From positions 134,410 through 198,409 of the forward strand of contig JABWCG010000001.1 of the NCBI GenBank assembly GCA_013359225.1: a stretch of DNA of 64,000 bases, in the 5' to 3' direction. The DNA is from Candidatus Buchananbacteria bacterium (GTDB lineage Bacteria; Patescibacteriota; Patescibacteriia; Buchananbacterales; UBA6539). The position numbers were made by a program, and so were the translations under genes. Positions 9,299 through 18,859 of the stretch are shown here, piece after piece. Position 1 is the first letter of the stretch. The number at the start of each line of letters is the position of its first letter. Under the pieces are notes generated by a model. It did no database searches and was not told the origin of the DNA. It saw only the letters and a list, made by a program, of their open reading frames with translations.

Positions 9299-10867
9299 AT
9301 GAAAAAGCAATTTCCTATTTTTTTAATAGTTGCCGCGTTGGTGGCTTTAGTTGGCTATTTCTGGCTGGTTCGGCCGCTTGGCGCTGATTTGAATATAGGC
9401 CCGCGGTTTGATTGGCCGGATGAAACAGCTAATTATTTCTGGTCAAAAAGTTATAGCCAGACCGGAGAATTAACATTGGCTGAGCCAATGAACATTGCCG
9501 CACATAACCAGATTCATCCTCGCAGCTTTAACGTTCGAACTGACGGTTCGCTGGTGCCCGGAAGCTTTTTAGGGTTAATTCTCCTGTACGGTACATTGGC
9601 CAAAGTTTTTAGTTTGAGCTCGTTAATCTATTTTACCCCGATTTTTTCGGTGTTGGCGGTCTTGGCTTTCTATGGGATTGTTAAGCGAATTTTTAATGAA
9701 CGAATTGCTTTGATTTCAGCGCTGTTAATGTTGTTTCACCCGGCCTGGTGGTATTACTCGGTGACGTCAATGCTGCCAAATGTGGCCTTTGTCGCTTTTT
9801 TAATTTTTAGCATTTATTTTGTTTTAAAAAACCATCACCCAAAATTAGTTGATGTTTTATTGGGTGGATTTTTCTTGGGGATCAGTCTTTCAATTAGGCC
9901 ATCGGAAATTATCTGGGTTGGCTTTATATATTTAGTTTTGCTCGCTTATCGGCGTGACAATCTGCGGGCAAAAAATATTATTCTACTGCTAGTAATAACG
10001 GCCGCAGTTATGGCTCCGGCTATCTATCAGCAAAAAGTCATTTATGGTGATTATTTGGCGTCCGGTTATAATCAGCTTGATGAAATAACGCCGTCCTGCC
10101 AGACCTGCCAGATTGTGAAATCAGTTATTGCACCGTTTGGTTTTCATCCGCAATTGATGGCAGTAAATTTCTGGACCCACTTTATCAGTCGTTTTTGGTG
10201 GTGGTCACTTCTCGCCATTTTGGGCCTAATTGCCTTTTTATTCCAAACCAGCAAGCAGCGAATAGAAGTTTTCTTTTACATGTTGATTTCAATGTTTGTT
10301 TTTGCTTGGCTGGGAATTTATTACGGCAGCTGGCAGTTTACTGATCTATTGACGGTTCATCTTAATACGTTAGGTCTTTCTTATGTCCGGTACTGGTTGC
10401 CGTTATACATCTTGGTTTTGCCGTTTGTTGCTATTGGTTTGACTTGGCTGACGAACTTTTTCAAAAATCGGGTGAAAGTTTTAGCATTGGCTGTTTTGAT
10501 TGGTGCGTTATTGTATCAGTCGGCCGATTTAGTCTTGGTCAAGAAGCCTGATAGTATTTTACCGGTTAAGGAACGGATTTTAGATTATCGTAAGACTGCG
10601 GCTAGGGTTTTTGATGTAGTCCCCGAAGATGCGGTAATCGTCACAGTCCGCAAAGATAAGGTGTTTTTTCCCGACCGGCGGGTAATTCATACTTTTGACG
10701 CTTTGTCGGTCAATCAAGAGTTACTTGGCATTTTGCCGGATCTAGTTAGCCAAGTGCCGGTTTATTATTATGCTTTAGGTCCTGAGCCAGAAGTAGAATT
10801 TAGTAATGGATTGAAACTTGAGACGGTTGAAACTATTGGTCAAGAGATTTTATATCAAGTCAAATGA
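9299..10867 (+). CDS. GT-C glycosyltransferase of the ArnT/PMT (GT39/GT83-like) family
   Basis: It has an N-terminal TM, then FDWPDETANYFWS (a DE motif in the first external loop), many TM helices and a C-terminal soluble domain. Confidence 0.55.
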   Translation: MKKQFPIFLIVAALVALVGYFWLVRPLGADLNIGPRFDWPDETANYFWSKSYSQTGELTLAEPMNIAAHNQIHPRSFNVRTDGSLVPGSFLGLILLYGTLAKVFSLSSLIYFTPIFSVLAVLAFYGIVKRIFNERIALISALLMLFHPAWWYYSVTSMLPNVAFVAFLIFSIYFVLKNHHPKLVDVLLGGFFLGISLSIRPSEIIWVGFIYLVLLAYRRDNLRAKNIILLLVITAAVMAPAIYQQKVIYGDYLASGYNQLDEITPSCQTCQIVKSVIAPFGFHPQLMAVNFWTHFISRFWWWSLLAILGLIAFLFQTSKQRIEVFFYMLISMFVFAWLGIYYGSWQFTDLLTVHLNTLGLSYVRYWLPLYILVLPFVAIGLTWLTNFFKNRVKVLALAVLIGALLYQSADLVLVKKPDSILPVKERILDYRKTAARVFDVVPEDAVIVTVRKDKVFFPDRRVIHTFDALSVNQELLGILPDLVSQVPVYYYALGPEPEVEFSNGLKLETVETIGQEILYQVK

Positions 10868-11373
10868 GTAAATTTACGCTACGTATTTTGAATATCTGTT
10901 TAGTCTTGGGCGGGCTTAGTCTTGGGCTGTGGTTGGCAAATGTTAATATTCCTTATTACGGGAGCTTGATTATCAAACTTGATCAGGTTAAAGATCAGCC
11001 GATGCTTTCGCGGTTAGGTCCGGACGTGCGAATTTCGTTTAATAGTGACTCTTTTGATATTTTAGAAAGCCCAGTCTATTTTGATCTGCGTTCAATGCCG
11101 TGGTTTAGCAAGGCGTTGGTATATTTAACATTTCGATCAAAGGGTGATGACTTAGAGGGTGTAGCGCCACAGGTTGGACCAGACTGGCAATATCACCTTC
11201 AGCCGCCGGTGACTGTCATTGATTTGGAAAATGATTGGCACAAGGCAGTGTTTGAATTTGATTTGCGGAAGGTGTATCAAGAAAAAAATATCCGCCGGTT
11301 TTTGGTCTCGACCATTCATCAACCAGGAGGTAGTCTGGAAGTTTCGGACTTAACGATTATTTTGCAGCAATGA
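10864..11373 (+). CDS. Hypothetical membrane-anchored protein (169 aa)
   Basis: It has an N-terminal TM helix and overlaps the upstream GT-C gene by 4 nt, which suggests translational coupling. Confidence 0.4.
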   Translation: MSKFTLRILNICLVLGGLSLGLWLANVNIPYYGSLIIKLDQVKDQPMLSRLGPDVRISFNSDSFDILESPVYFDLRSMPWFSKALVYLTFRSKGDDLEGVAPQVGPDWQYHLQPPVTVIDLENDWHKAVFEFDLRKVYQEKNIRRFLVSTIHQPGGSLEVSDLTIILQQ

Positions 11374-11564
11374 AATTTCTTAAGATCAAAAACAAAAATG
11401 TCCAAGCAGCACTGAATTCAGTTTTTAGGTTTAGTACAATTTTATTTGTAATTATTTTAATACTGGAATATCTTTTGCCAGGGTTTGTGACTAATTGGTT
11501 TAACCCAATTTGGTTCTTGCTTATCTCAATAATTAGCGTTATGATGCTAAAAATTAACGATTAA
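11370..11564 (+). CDS. Small 2-TM membrane protein (64 aa)
   Basis: It overlaps the upstream gene as ATGA and is strongly hydrophobic. Confidence 0.3.
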   Translation: MKFLKIKNKNVQAALNSVFRFSTILFVIILILEYLLPGFVTNWFNPIWFLLISIISVMMLKIND

Positions 11565-11575
11565 TTTCTACAACG

Positions 11576-12025
11576 ATGATTGATGGTGTTATTATCAATA
11601 AACTGGAGAAATATAATGACAATCGCGGCTGGTTGGCTGAGTTTTTTCGCAATGATTTGGTTGATTTTGATCCGGCGATGGGATATGTTTCGGAAACAAA
11701 ACCGGGCGTTGCTCGCGGCCCACATGAGCATGTTCACCAGTCTGATTTTTTTGTTTTTTTGATCGGCAAATTTCGGCTTTATTTATGGGATAACCGCGTG
11801 GGCGCGAAAAATTATCGCATATTAGAAACCTATGATCTAGGCGAAGAAAACGCCGCCGGAGTAATTATTCCGCCAGGGGTGGTGCATGCGTATAAATGTA
11901 TTTCCGACACGCCGGGGCTAGTCATTAATTTGCCGGATAAGTTGTATCGGGGGAAAAATAAATCAGAAGAAGTTGACGAAATTCGTTGGGAGGACGATAA
12001 GAGTTCGCCGTTTATTGTTGGTTAA
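11576..12025 (+). CDS. rfbC: dTDP-4-dehydrorhamnose 3,5-epimerase-like cupin (RmlC-like)
   Basis: NDNRGWLAEFFR...HEH...H fits the RmlC cupin fold. It sits in the rml cluster. Confidence 0.6.
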   Translation: MIDGVIINKLEKYNDNRGWLAEFFRNDLVDFDPAMGYVSETKPGVARGPHEHVHQSDFFVFLIGKFRLYLWDNRVGAKNYRILETYDLGEENAAGVIIPPGVVHAYKCISDTPGLVINLPDKLYRGKNKSEEVDEIRWEDDKSSPFIVG

Positions 12026-12061
12026 AAAAGAGTCCGTCAATAAAAATCTTTTGGTAAAAAT

Positions 12062-13732
12062 ATGGAATTTTTTATGCCAGCCGGCCTATGGCAATTGGCA
12101 GTACTGCAGCTGCTTTTTTATTTGTTTATCGCTGCGGGAGCAGGCCTTTATCTATTTTTTAGAAAACCGATTATCTTTGTCGGTTTGCTAGCGTTATTCT
12201 CCAGCCTGGCTTTTTCGGTTATCTCTTTTAAGGCGGTGGTGCCGTGGTGGGGGTTAACGGGTGATGAGGTATTTATTTTTGCGTTTTTGCAGAAAGTTAT
12301 TGCGGGAAATTTTTTCGCAGATTTTTTTTATTCGGCACTGCCGCCGTTTTATCCGCCGTTATATTTTTGGGTCGTTGGCGGTGTGGGTAATCTTTTTGGT
12401 TTGACTGCCGTGCAGTCTGGAAACTTGGGAGTGGCGTTGATGTTATTGGCAACGCCGCTGATAATTTATTTTTGGCAAGTTATTCGGGGCGAACAAAATC
12501 ATTCATTGTTAGTGCTATTGCCGGCATTGATGTATGTGGTTAGTAGTTGGTCGGCGGTTATCGTCAAACCGTATGAATTTTTTTCAGCCGTACTGCTGGT
12601 TGTTTGGACTATCTTTTTAGCTCAGGACATCTATTATAAAAGACTTGGTTTCAAAAGCCTGATTTTTTATGGCGGTTTTGGCGGACTTTTGTTTTTAACT
12701 TTTTATTTTTGGTTTTTAGTTTTATTGATAGCGTTAGCCATATTAAAGCTAATGATTGAAACTGATTTTTTATACTACTTTAAAAAATGGTTTTTAGTTG
12801 GAGTAATAATAGCCGTAACAAGTTTGCCGTTTACTTTGCCGCTGGCTATGTCTTATGTTCGTTTTGGTGCGGAAAATTGGCAGGCGGCCTGGTTTATCGA
12901 AGAGTATCTTGACTTATATCTGCCATTTTTTGATTTTTCTATTTTTGGAGCAGTGGCTCTGGTGGGATTAATTTCTTTATTCTTGTTGCGGCAAAAAATT
13001 GAAATTAAGGTTTTAGGAAGTATATTATTGGCATGCTACACTTGGCAGGCAATTAGTTTATATACTATTTATTTTTGGGACGCTCCCTTTTTACCGGCTA
13101 AACCATTTTTATTTTTAGGTGGTGCCACATTATCAGCCGCGGCCGCCTTTGGGTTGACTGAGCTGATTGCCAAGGTAAAAAATAATAGATTGAAATTTGG
13201 ATTAGTCAGTCTAAGTCTGGTTTTGTTTTCCTCGCAGTTAATTTTTGGCCCGATGATTTCTTCGGAGATTAAATACCACCTAAATCTCACTAGAAATCCG
13301 TTGCGTGAGGAATTTATGAATCTAAAGGGCAATCTCGAAAAGATTAGTGATTTAGATAATTTGACGGTGCTTTCTAGTGGAGTCCCGGAAATGTCTGCAT
13401 TTGTGCCGCTCGATTACTATGTTAGTCATAACATCCATTTTTCTCACCCGGCCGCGCATTTTTCAGACCGCTTTTATTTTGTCCGAAACTTATCTGAAGC
13501 GTCTGACGCCAAAGATTTCTTTGAGCGCTTAAAAACTTCGCCGTGGTCCAAGATTGATGCGCTGTTGTTATTGAAGGGTCCGGGGTATTATCCTATCAAT
13601 TTTTATCTTGATAACTATCCGTTAGGCGGCACTGAGGTTGAAGTTCGTTTTCCGCACCGCTTGATTGATGAGCGATATTTTGTTACAGTTTTTGAAGACA
13701 AGCAGTTTGTCTTTTTAAGGCTTAAAGACTAA
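12062..13732 (+). CDS. Large polytopic membrane protein (556 aa), possible GT-C-like
   Basis: It has more than 10 TM helices. WWGLTGDE sits in the first loop. It ends in a ~170 aa soluble C-terminal domain. Confidence 0.45.
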   Translation: MEFFMPAGLWQLAVLQLLFYLFIAAGAGLYLFFRKPIIFVGLLALFSSLAFSVISFKAVVPWWGLTGDEVFIFAFLQKVIAGNFFADFFYSALPPFYPPLYFWVVGGVGNLFGLTAVQSGNLGVALMLLATPLIIYFWQVIRGEQNHSLLVLLPALMYVVSSWSAVIVKPYEFFSAVLLVVWTIFLAQDIYYKRLGFKSLIFYGGFGGLLFLTFYFWFLVLLIALAILKLMIETDFLYYFKKWFLVGVIIAVTSLPFTLPLAMSYVRFGAENWQAAWFIEEYLDLYLPFFDFSIFGAVALVGLISLFLLRQKIEIKVLGSILLACYTWQAISLYTIYFWDAPFLPAKPFLFLGGATLSAAAAFGLTELIAKVKNNRLKFGLVSLSLVLFSSQLIFGPMISSEIKYHLNLTRNPLREEFMNLKGNLEKISDLDNLTVLSSGVPEMSAFVPLDYYVSHNIHFSHPAAHFSDRFYFVRNLSEASDAKDFFERLKTSPWSKIDALLLLKGPGYYPINFYLDNYPLGGTEVEVRFPHRLIDERYFVTVFEDKQFVFLRLKD

Positions 13733-13737
13733 ATATT

Positions 13738-14136
13738 ATGCCTCAAGATTGTATTTTTTGTAAGATTGCCGTTGGTGATATACCGAGTGCTACAATCTAC
13801 GAAGATGACAAAATAAAAGTTTTTTTAGATATCAATCCGGTGACTAAGGGGCATAGTTTAATTATTCCTAAAGCCCATTACCAGATGATGGCTGACACGC
13901 CGTCTGATTTATTGGCACATGTATTCAGCAAGGCTCAGGAGTTAATGGTGGTGATAAAAGAAGCGCTTGAGGCCGACTTCGTCGCGTTGTCGGTGGTTGG
14001 CGTAGACGTACCTCATTTTCACGTTCATTTGATTCCACGACGTCACGATGACGGATTAAGTAATTGGTGGCCAACCGGGAAGTATGACAAGGGCGAAATG
14101 GAGCAATATGTTCAAAAAATTAAACAAGCATTTTAA
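13738..14136 (+). CDS. HIT family protein (histidine triad nucleotide hydrolase/transferase)
   Basis: Has the CIFCKI N-terminus and the HFHVHLIPR histidine triad. Confidence 0.8.
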   Translation: MPQDCIFCKIAVGDIPSATIYEDDKIKVFLDINPVTKGHSLIIPKAHYQMMADTPSDLLAHVFSKAQELMVVIKEALEADFVALSVVGVDVPHFHVHLIPRRHDDGLSNWWPTGKYDKGEMEQYVQKIKQAF

Positions 14137-14139
14137 GAT

Positions 14140-15150
14140 ATGAAACTATTAGTAACCGGCGGCGCCGGTTTTATCGGCTCCAATTTTATTCGGTATTGGC
14201 TAATGACTCATCCACATGATGAGGTGGTTAATTTGGATAAATTAACTTATGCCGGCAATCTGGAAAATTTGAAAGGTTTTGAAGGTAAACCAAATTACCG
14301 CTTTGTCTTGGGTGATATTACAAACATTGATGTCGTTGGAACCTTGGTGAAAGAGTGTGATTTGATTGTCCATTTTGCGGCTGAAAGCCATGTTGACCGC
14401 TCTATTGCTGACGCTGGTGAATTTATTCGTACCAATGTTGTTGGCACGCAGATTTTGCTGCAGGCGGCAAAAGATCATGACAAGCGTTTTCATCATATTT
14501 CAACCGATGAAGTATATGGGGCGCTCAGTCTGGACGCCCAAGAAAAATTTAATGAACAGTCGCCCTATAATCCGCGCAATCCGTATTCGGCGTCAAAGGC
14601 CGGGTCTGACCACTTAGTGCGGGCATTTTACTATACGCATAAGTTGGACGTGACAATCAGTAACTGTGCTAATAATTACGGACCGTACCAATTTCCGGAG
14701 AAGTTTATTCCGCTGGCCATTACTAATCTGCTCGAAGGTAAAAAGGTCCCGGTCTATGGTGACGGTTTATATGTCCGTGATTGGCTGTATGTTGATGATC
14801 ATTGCCGGGCAATTGATTTGATTTTGCAAAAAGGCGAGATCGGTCAAACGTATTCGATCGGCGGCTTGACTAGTGGCATTAGTAATCTTGAAGTCGTTAA
14901 AAAAATTATTGCCCTGCTTGGAAAATCAGAAGACGCTATCGAGTTTGTGCAGGACCGCCCTGGTCATGACCGGCGTTATGAAATTGACTGGTCAAAAGCT
15001 AAACAAAAACTTGGTTACAAGCCGCAGTATGATTTTGACACCTATTTAGCAAAGACGGTGGAATGGTACCGTCAAAACGAAGGCTGGTGGAAAAAGATAA
15101 AATCCGGCGAGTATCGGGAATACTATAAAAAACAGTACGAAAGGGCGTAG
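14140..15150 (+). CDS. rfbB: dTDP-glucose 4,6-dehydratase
   Basis: GGAGFIGSNF, YSASKAGSDHLV (YxxxK) and NCANNYGPYQFPEKFIP are diagnostic of RmlB. Confidence 0.9.
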   Translation: MKLLVTGGAGFIGSNFIRYWLMTHPHDEVVNLDKLTYAGNLENLKGFEGKPNYRFVLGDITNIDVVGTLVKECDLIVHFAAESHVDRSIADAGEFIRTNVVGTQILLQAAKDHDKRFHHISTDEVYGALSLDAQEKFNEQSPYNPRNPYSASKAGSDHLVRAFYYTHKLDVTISNCANNYGPYQFPEKFIPLAITNLLEGKKVPVYGDGLYVRDWLYVDDHCRAIDLILQKGEIGQTYSIGGLTSGISNLEVVKKIIALLGKSEDAIEFVQDRPGHDRRYEIDWSKAKQKLGYKPQYDFDTYLAKTVEWYRQNEGWWKKIKSGEYREYYKKQYERA

Positions 15151-15849
15151 TTGTTGATGACCAGTGATCGAATTGCAAAAAGAATATATGTTTCGGTGGT
15201 GACGTTTTTAGGCGACTGGCGCCAGATGATTAGCGATGTCAATAAATTTAAGCTGAAAGAAATTTCGCTTTTTTTGACCGGTATTGGCTACCGTGAACGC
15301 CAAGAACTCTACCAACTGCTGGCACAATCAACTGTCAGGCGGATTCCGCACGTTCATGCCCGACACGACATGAAAGAGTCAGAACTTGATTATTTAGTTA
15401 AACGATATGGCGTTAAGGCATTTACGATCCACTTTCAATTTTTAAAACATTTTAAAAATTCAAAACATAAGAAGATTTTTTTTGTTGAGACGAATGACGG
15501 CAAGCACCGCATTAAAAGTTTAGCGGCTTTGAAGCAGGTTGGGGGAGTGTGTGTTGATTTATCACACGTTAAGCAGTTTGAAATTTCTGGCAATCCGGAA
15601 CTTGAAGTCGCAAAGCAGGCGATTAAAAAATACAAAGTTGGATGTAATCATTTAAGTGCGGTATTGCCAAACGGTAAAAGTAAACACACCGCCGCCGGGA
15701 TTAGCCAATTAAACTATGTTACGTCGCTGCCAAAAAGTTATTTTTCTTCTTATATCAATATTGAGTTAGCAAATTCAATCCCGCAGCAGCTAAGGTTTAA
15801 AAAACACCTAGTAATGATTTTGACAAAACAATGGAACAAAAAATTTTAA
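15151..15849 (+). CDS. Hypothetical protein inserted between rmlB and rmlD
   Basis: The 232-aa ORF starts at TTG 15151 or ATG 15157. It carries a PHVHARHD histidine cluster. I saw no clear family. Confidence 0.4.
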   Translation: MLMTSDRIAKRIYVSVVTFLGDWRQMISDVNKFKLKEISLFLTGIGYRERQELYQLLAQSTVRRIPHVHARHDMKESELDYLVKRYGVKAFTIHFQFLKHFKNSKHKKIFFVETNDGKHRIKSLAALKQVGGVCVDLSHVKQFEISGNPELEVAKQAIKKYKVGCNHLSAVLPNGKSKHTAAGISQLNYVTSLPKSYFSSYINIELANSIPQQLRFKKHLVMILTKQWNKKF

Positions 15850-16673
15850 TTTTAGGCGCCAATGGCATGCTTGGCCATGACTTGGCCGAAGTTTTTAGCA
15901 ATCAAAAACCAACACTGTGGGATCAGTCTGATTTAGATATCACTGATGAAGCGGCAGTTCAAAAAAAACTTAGCGCTTTTTCGCCAACAATTGTTATTAA
16001 CGCTGCGGCCTATACTAATGTTGATGGTGCAGAAACTGATTCAGAACTTGCCTTTAAAGTTAACGCTGATGGTGTTGGCTACTTAGCGAAAACTTGCCAG
16101 AAATTGTCGGCCATTTTGGTTCATTTTAGTACGGAGTATGTCTTTGACGGTGAAAATAGTAACGGTTATAAAGAAGATGATCAAGCTAATCCGCTAAACA
16201 TTTATGGGCAGTCAAAGGCTAAGGGTGAAGCGCTCGTCAGGCAATATTGCGAGATGCATTACATTATCCGTAGCAGTTGGCTGTATGGTAAATTTCCCCA
16301 GGTCGGTAAGCCGCGAGGCTTGAATTTTGTGGAAACTATGCTAAAATTAGCCCGTGAAGGACGGGATTTGAATGTTGTTAACGATCAGTTCGGCAAACCG
16401 ACATATACATTAGATTTAGCGCAACAGACTAAAGAGATTGTCCTTGGCCAAAAATCGTGCGGCACGTATCATGTTGTTAATGAGGGTGTTTGTACCTGGT
16501 ATGAATTTGCCCGAACAATTTTTGAATTTAGCAAGTTAGATGTCAAGTTAAATCCGATTACTTCCCAGGAATATCAGCTACCAACCCCGCGGCCGAAATA
16601 TTCGGTGTTGTTAAACACAAAGCTGGAGCCGTTGCGCAGCTGGCAGGAAGCATTAAAAGATTATTTACAATAA
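15831..16673 (+). CDS. rfbD: dTDP-4-dehydrorhamnose reductase
   Basis: ILILGANGMLG, INAAAYTNVD, YGQSKAKGE and PTYTLDLA fit the RmlD pattern. Confidence 0.85.
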   Translation: MEQKILILGANGMLGHDLAEVFSNQKPTLWDQSDLDITDEAAVQKKLSAFSPTIVINAAAYTNVDGAETDSELAFKVNADGVGYLAKTCQKLSAILVHFSTEYVFDGENSNGYKEDDQANPLNIYGQSKAKGEALVRQYCEMHYIIRSSWLYGKFPQVGKPRGLNFVETMLKLAREGRDLNVVNDQFGKPTYTLDLAQQTKEIVLGQKSCGTYHVVNEGVCTWYEFARTIFEFSKLDVKLNPITSQEYQLPTPRPKYSVLLNTKLEPLRSWQEALKDYLQ

Positions 16674-16676
16674 CTT

Positions 16677-17393
16677 ATGAAGGGAATAATTTTAGCTGGT
16701 GGAACTGGTTCACGCCTGGATCCACTCACCAGAGTAACCAACAAACATTTATTGCCGGTTTATGATCGGCCGATGATTTATTATCCAATTCAGACGTTGG
16801 TTAATGCCGGTATTAAAGATATTATGATTGTCTCGGGCAAAGGGCATGCTGGACAATTTTTAGAGCTACTTAAATCCGGCAAGGAGTTTGGGGCTAAATT
16901 TTCATATGCGGTTCAGGAAGAAGCCGGTGGCATTGCTCAGGCGTTAAGCCTTTGTGAAGATTTCGCGGATAACGAAAAAATTGTCGTAATGCTTGGCGAT
17001 AATATTTTGGAAGATGACATTACTAACGCCATTGAAAGTTTTAAATCGCAATCGTCTGGTGCCAAGATTTTTTTGAAAGAAGTCGTTAATCCAAAATCGT
17101 TTGGCGTTGCTGAAATTAGCGGAGATAAGATTAAAAGCATTGAAGAAAAGCCAAAGCAGCCGAAAACTAATTTTGCCGTAGTGGGTGTATATCTGTATGA
17201 TGCCCAGGTGTGGGGAGCGGTGAAAAAATTAAAACCCTCCGGTCGCGGAGAGCTCGAAATCACCGATGTAAACAATTTTTACGTTAGTAAGGGTGAAATG
17301 ACCTTTGAAATTCTTCAAGGTTGGTGGGGTGACGGCGGTGAATCATTTGACAGTCTGCTGCAGGCGGCGAATCTGGCGGCGGCTAAAAAGTAA
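16677..17393 (+). CDS. rfbA: Glucose-1-phosphate thymidylyltransferase, short form (RmlA-like sugar nucleotidyltransferase)
   Basis: Has GIILAGGTGSRLDPLTRVTNKHLLPVYDRPMIYYPI. It is 238 aa and lacks the C-terminal oligomerisation extension. Confidence 0.75.
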   Translation: MKGIILAGGTGSRLDPLTRVTNKHLLPVYDRPMIYYPIQTLVNAGIKDIMIVSGKGHAGQFLELLKSGKEFGAKFSYAVQEEAGGIAQALSLCEDFADNEKIVVMLGDNILEDDITNAIESFKSQSSGAKIFLKEVVNPKSFGVAEISGDKIKSIEEKPKQPKTNFAVVGVYLYDAQVWGAVKKLKPSGRGELEITDVNNFYVSKGEMTFEILQGWWGDGGESFDSLLQAANLAAAKK

Positions 17394-18767
17394 CTATTGA
17401 ATTTCCAGGCGGTAAACGCCGCTTTGGTTGCCGATTTTTCCTTTGAAATAGAGATTATTTCCGCTGTTATCAATCGTCATTGAATCAATCGTTTCCAGAG
17501 AGGTTAACTCAATATTATTTTTTGTATCGTATTCTTTAGCTTCAATTATCCGGATGCTATTTTTTGTTTGGTAGATGATATAGTTGTGTTTAGGATACCA
17601 AAGTACTTGCTTGATTTCCTCGCCGAATCGGGTAATCAGATCTTTTTCCTTGGTTTTGGTATCAAAAATCCAGATTTCAAAATCGGTATAATATAAAATT
17701 TTTCCCAGTTCCACGGACCAGACGACTTGCTGGGCTTTATCTTGCAGGATGATGTCGTCGGCAATATCTGCAGTCGAGAATGAATCATCATTGATAATGA
17801 ACAGGTCGCCGGTTCGGTGGTCTTGCAGGGTCAAAAATCCCGTGACTGATTCTTTAAAGCTGAATTGTGACTGGTCGGGCAGCTTTATTTTTTCGGTTTC
17901 GCTAACCGTTTTATTTTCCAAAATATTTTTATTCAGGTAAGATTCCCGTCCAGTTTTGGTGATGTAGTAGAGGCTTTGGTTTCGCACCTGGATATCCTGG
18001 ATATTAGCGGATAATAGCGATGTTGTTGAATTATCAAATAAATCAATTTGGTATAATACTGATTTTCGCAAACCGTACAGATAGTTATCATTATTTTCAT
18101 CCCAGACAACATCGTCGAAATTTAAACGCGTAATATCGAATAAATCTTTAATTTTTAGGGTATCAGCGTCAATAATCAGATATTTATTAAAGTCACCGAC
18201 TGTTTGTCTGAACAGAGCCTTGTTTTGGCTCGGCGACCAACGGACAAATTCAAGGTTGTTATAGGTTTGGCGACCAAATGACTTAATCAAAAAATCGGTG
18301 CCGGTTTTGATGTTATAGAGTCTGAGCTCCTCGTCTTTTTCACTAAGTTTAGAGTAGATTATTTTCTCCTGGCTTGGCGCAGTTTTAAAAATATTGATAT
18401 CACCTTCAATTAAATTAATTGGTAGCGTTTTTTTAAACAAGACAATGTCTCGGCTGAATGTTGTCAGATTGCTTTGCACTCCCAGGTCTTGTTGCCAGGG
18501 GTAATACCCATCTTTAGTCACTTGAACAAAATAGGTGTCGGGCAGCAGGCGAGTGAAACGTTTGGGAGTTTTACCTTCATATTTACCGTTAATAAAAATG
18601 TCGGCGTTTTTGGGGAATGATTCCAGATAAAGAATTCCGGTTTTTTCAACGCGGCCTTTTTTGAAATTATAGCTATAGCCAGCAGCGTAGATAATAGTAA
18701 TTGAGGTAATAACAAAAAAGGCGATGATGAAAGTAATATATAGAATTCGGCGGTATTTAAGTTTCAT
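17394..18767 (-). CDS. Membrane-anchored PEGA-domain protein with a C-terminal beta-propeller-like region
   Basis: It has an N-terminal TM, then the PEGA motif INGKYEGKTPKRF...YFVQVTKDGYYPW, then long beta-rich repeats. Confidence 0.55.
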   Translation of the reverse strand: MKLKYRRILYITFIIAFFVITSITIIYAAGYSYNFKKGRVEKTGILYLESFPKNADIFINGKYEGKTPKRFTRLLPDTYFVQVTKDGYYPWQQDLGVQSNLTTFSRDIVLFKKTLPINLIEGDINIFKTAPSQEKIIYSKLSEKDEELRLYNIKTGTDFLIKSFGRQTYNNLEFVRWSPSQNKALFRQTVGDFNKYLIIDADTLKIKDLFDITRLNFDDVVWDENNDNYLYGLRKSVLYQIDLFDNSTTSLLSANIQDIQVRNQSLYYITKTGRESYLNKNILENKTVSETEKIKLPDQSQFSFKESVTGFLTLQDHRTGDLFIINDDSFSTADIADDIILQDKAQQVVWSVELGKILYYTDFEIWIFDTKTKEKDLITRFGEEIKQVLWYPKHNYIIYQTKNSIRIIEAKEYDTKNNIELTSLETIDSMTIDNSGNNLYFKGKIGNQSGVYRLEIQ

Positions 18768-18778
18768 AATGGCGCTGC

Positions 18779-18807
18779 TTGAAAAAAAGTAACTAAAATA
18801 GTAGAAT
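18779..18807 (+). promoter_or_regulatory. Putative sigma-70-type promoter upstream of murA
   Basis: TTGAAA-17 nt-TAGAAT lies 52 nt upstream of the murA ATG. Confidence 0.35.
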
Positions 18808-18859
18808 TATTAAGTCTAACGTTTAAATTTTACCAAATTTTAGACCGCTTAGCTACCCT

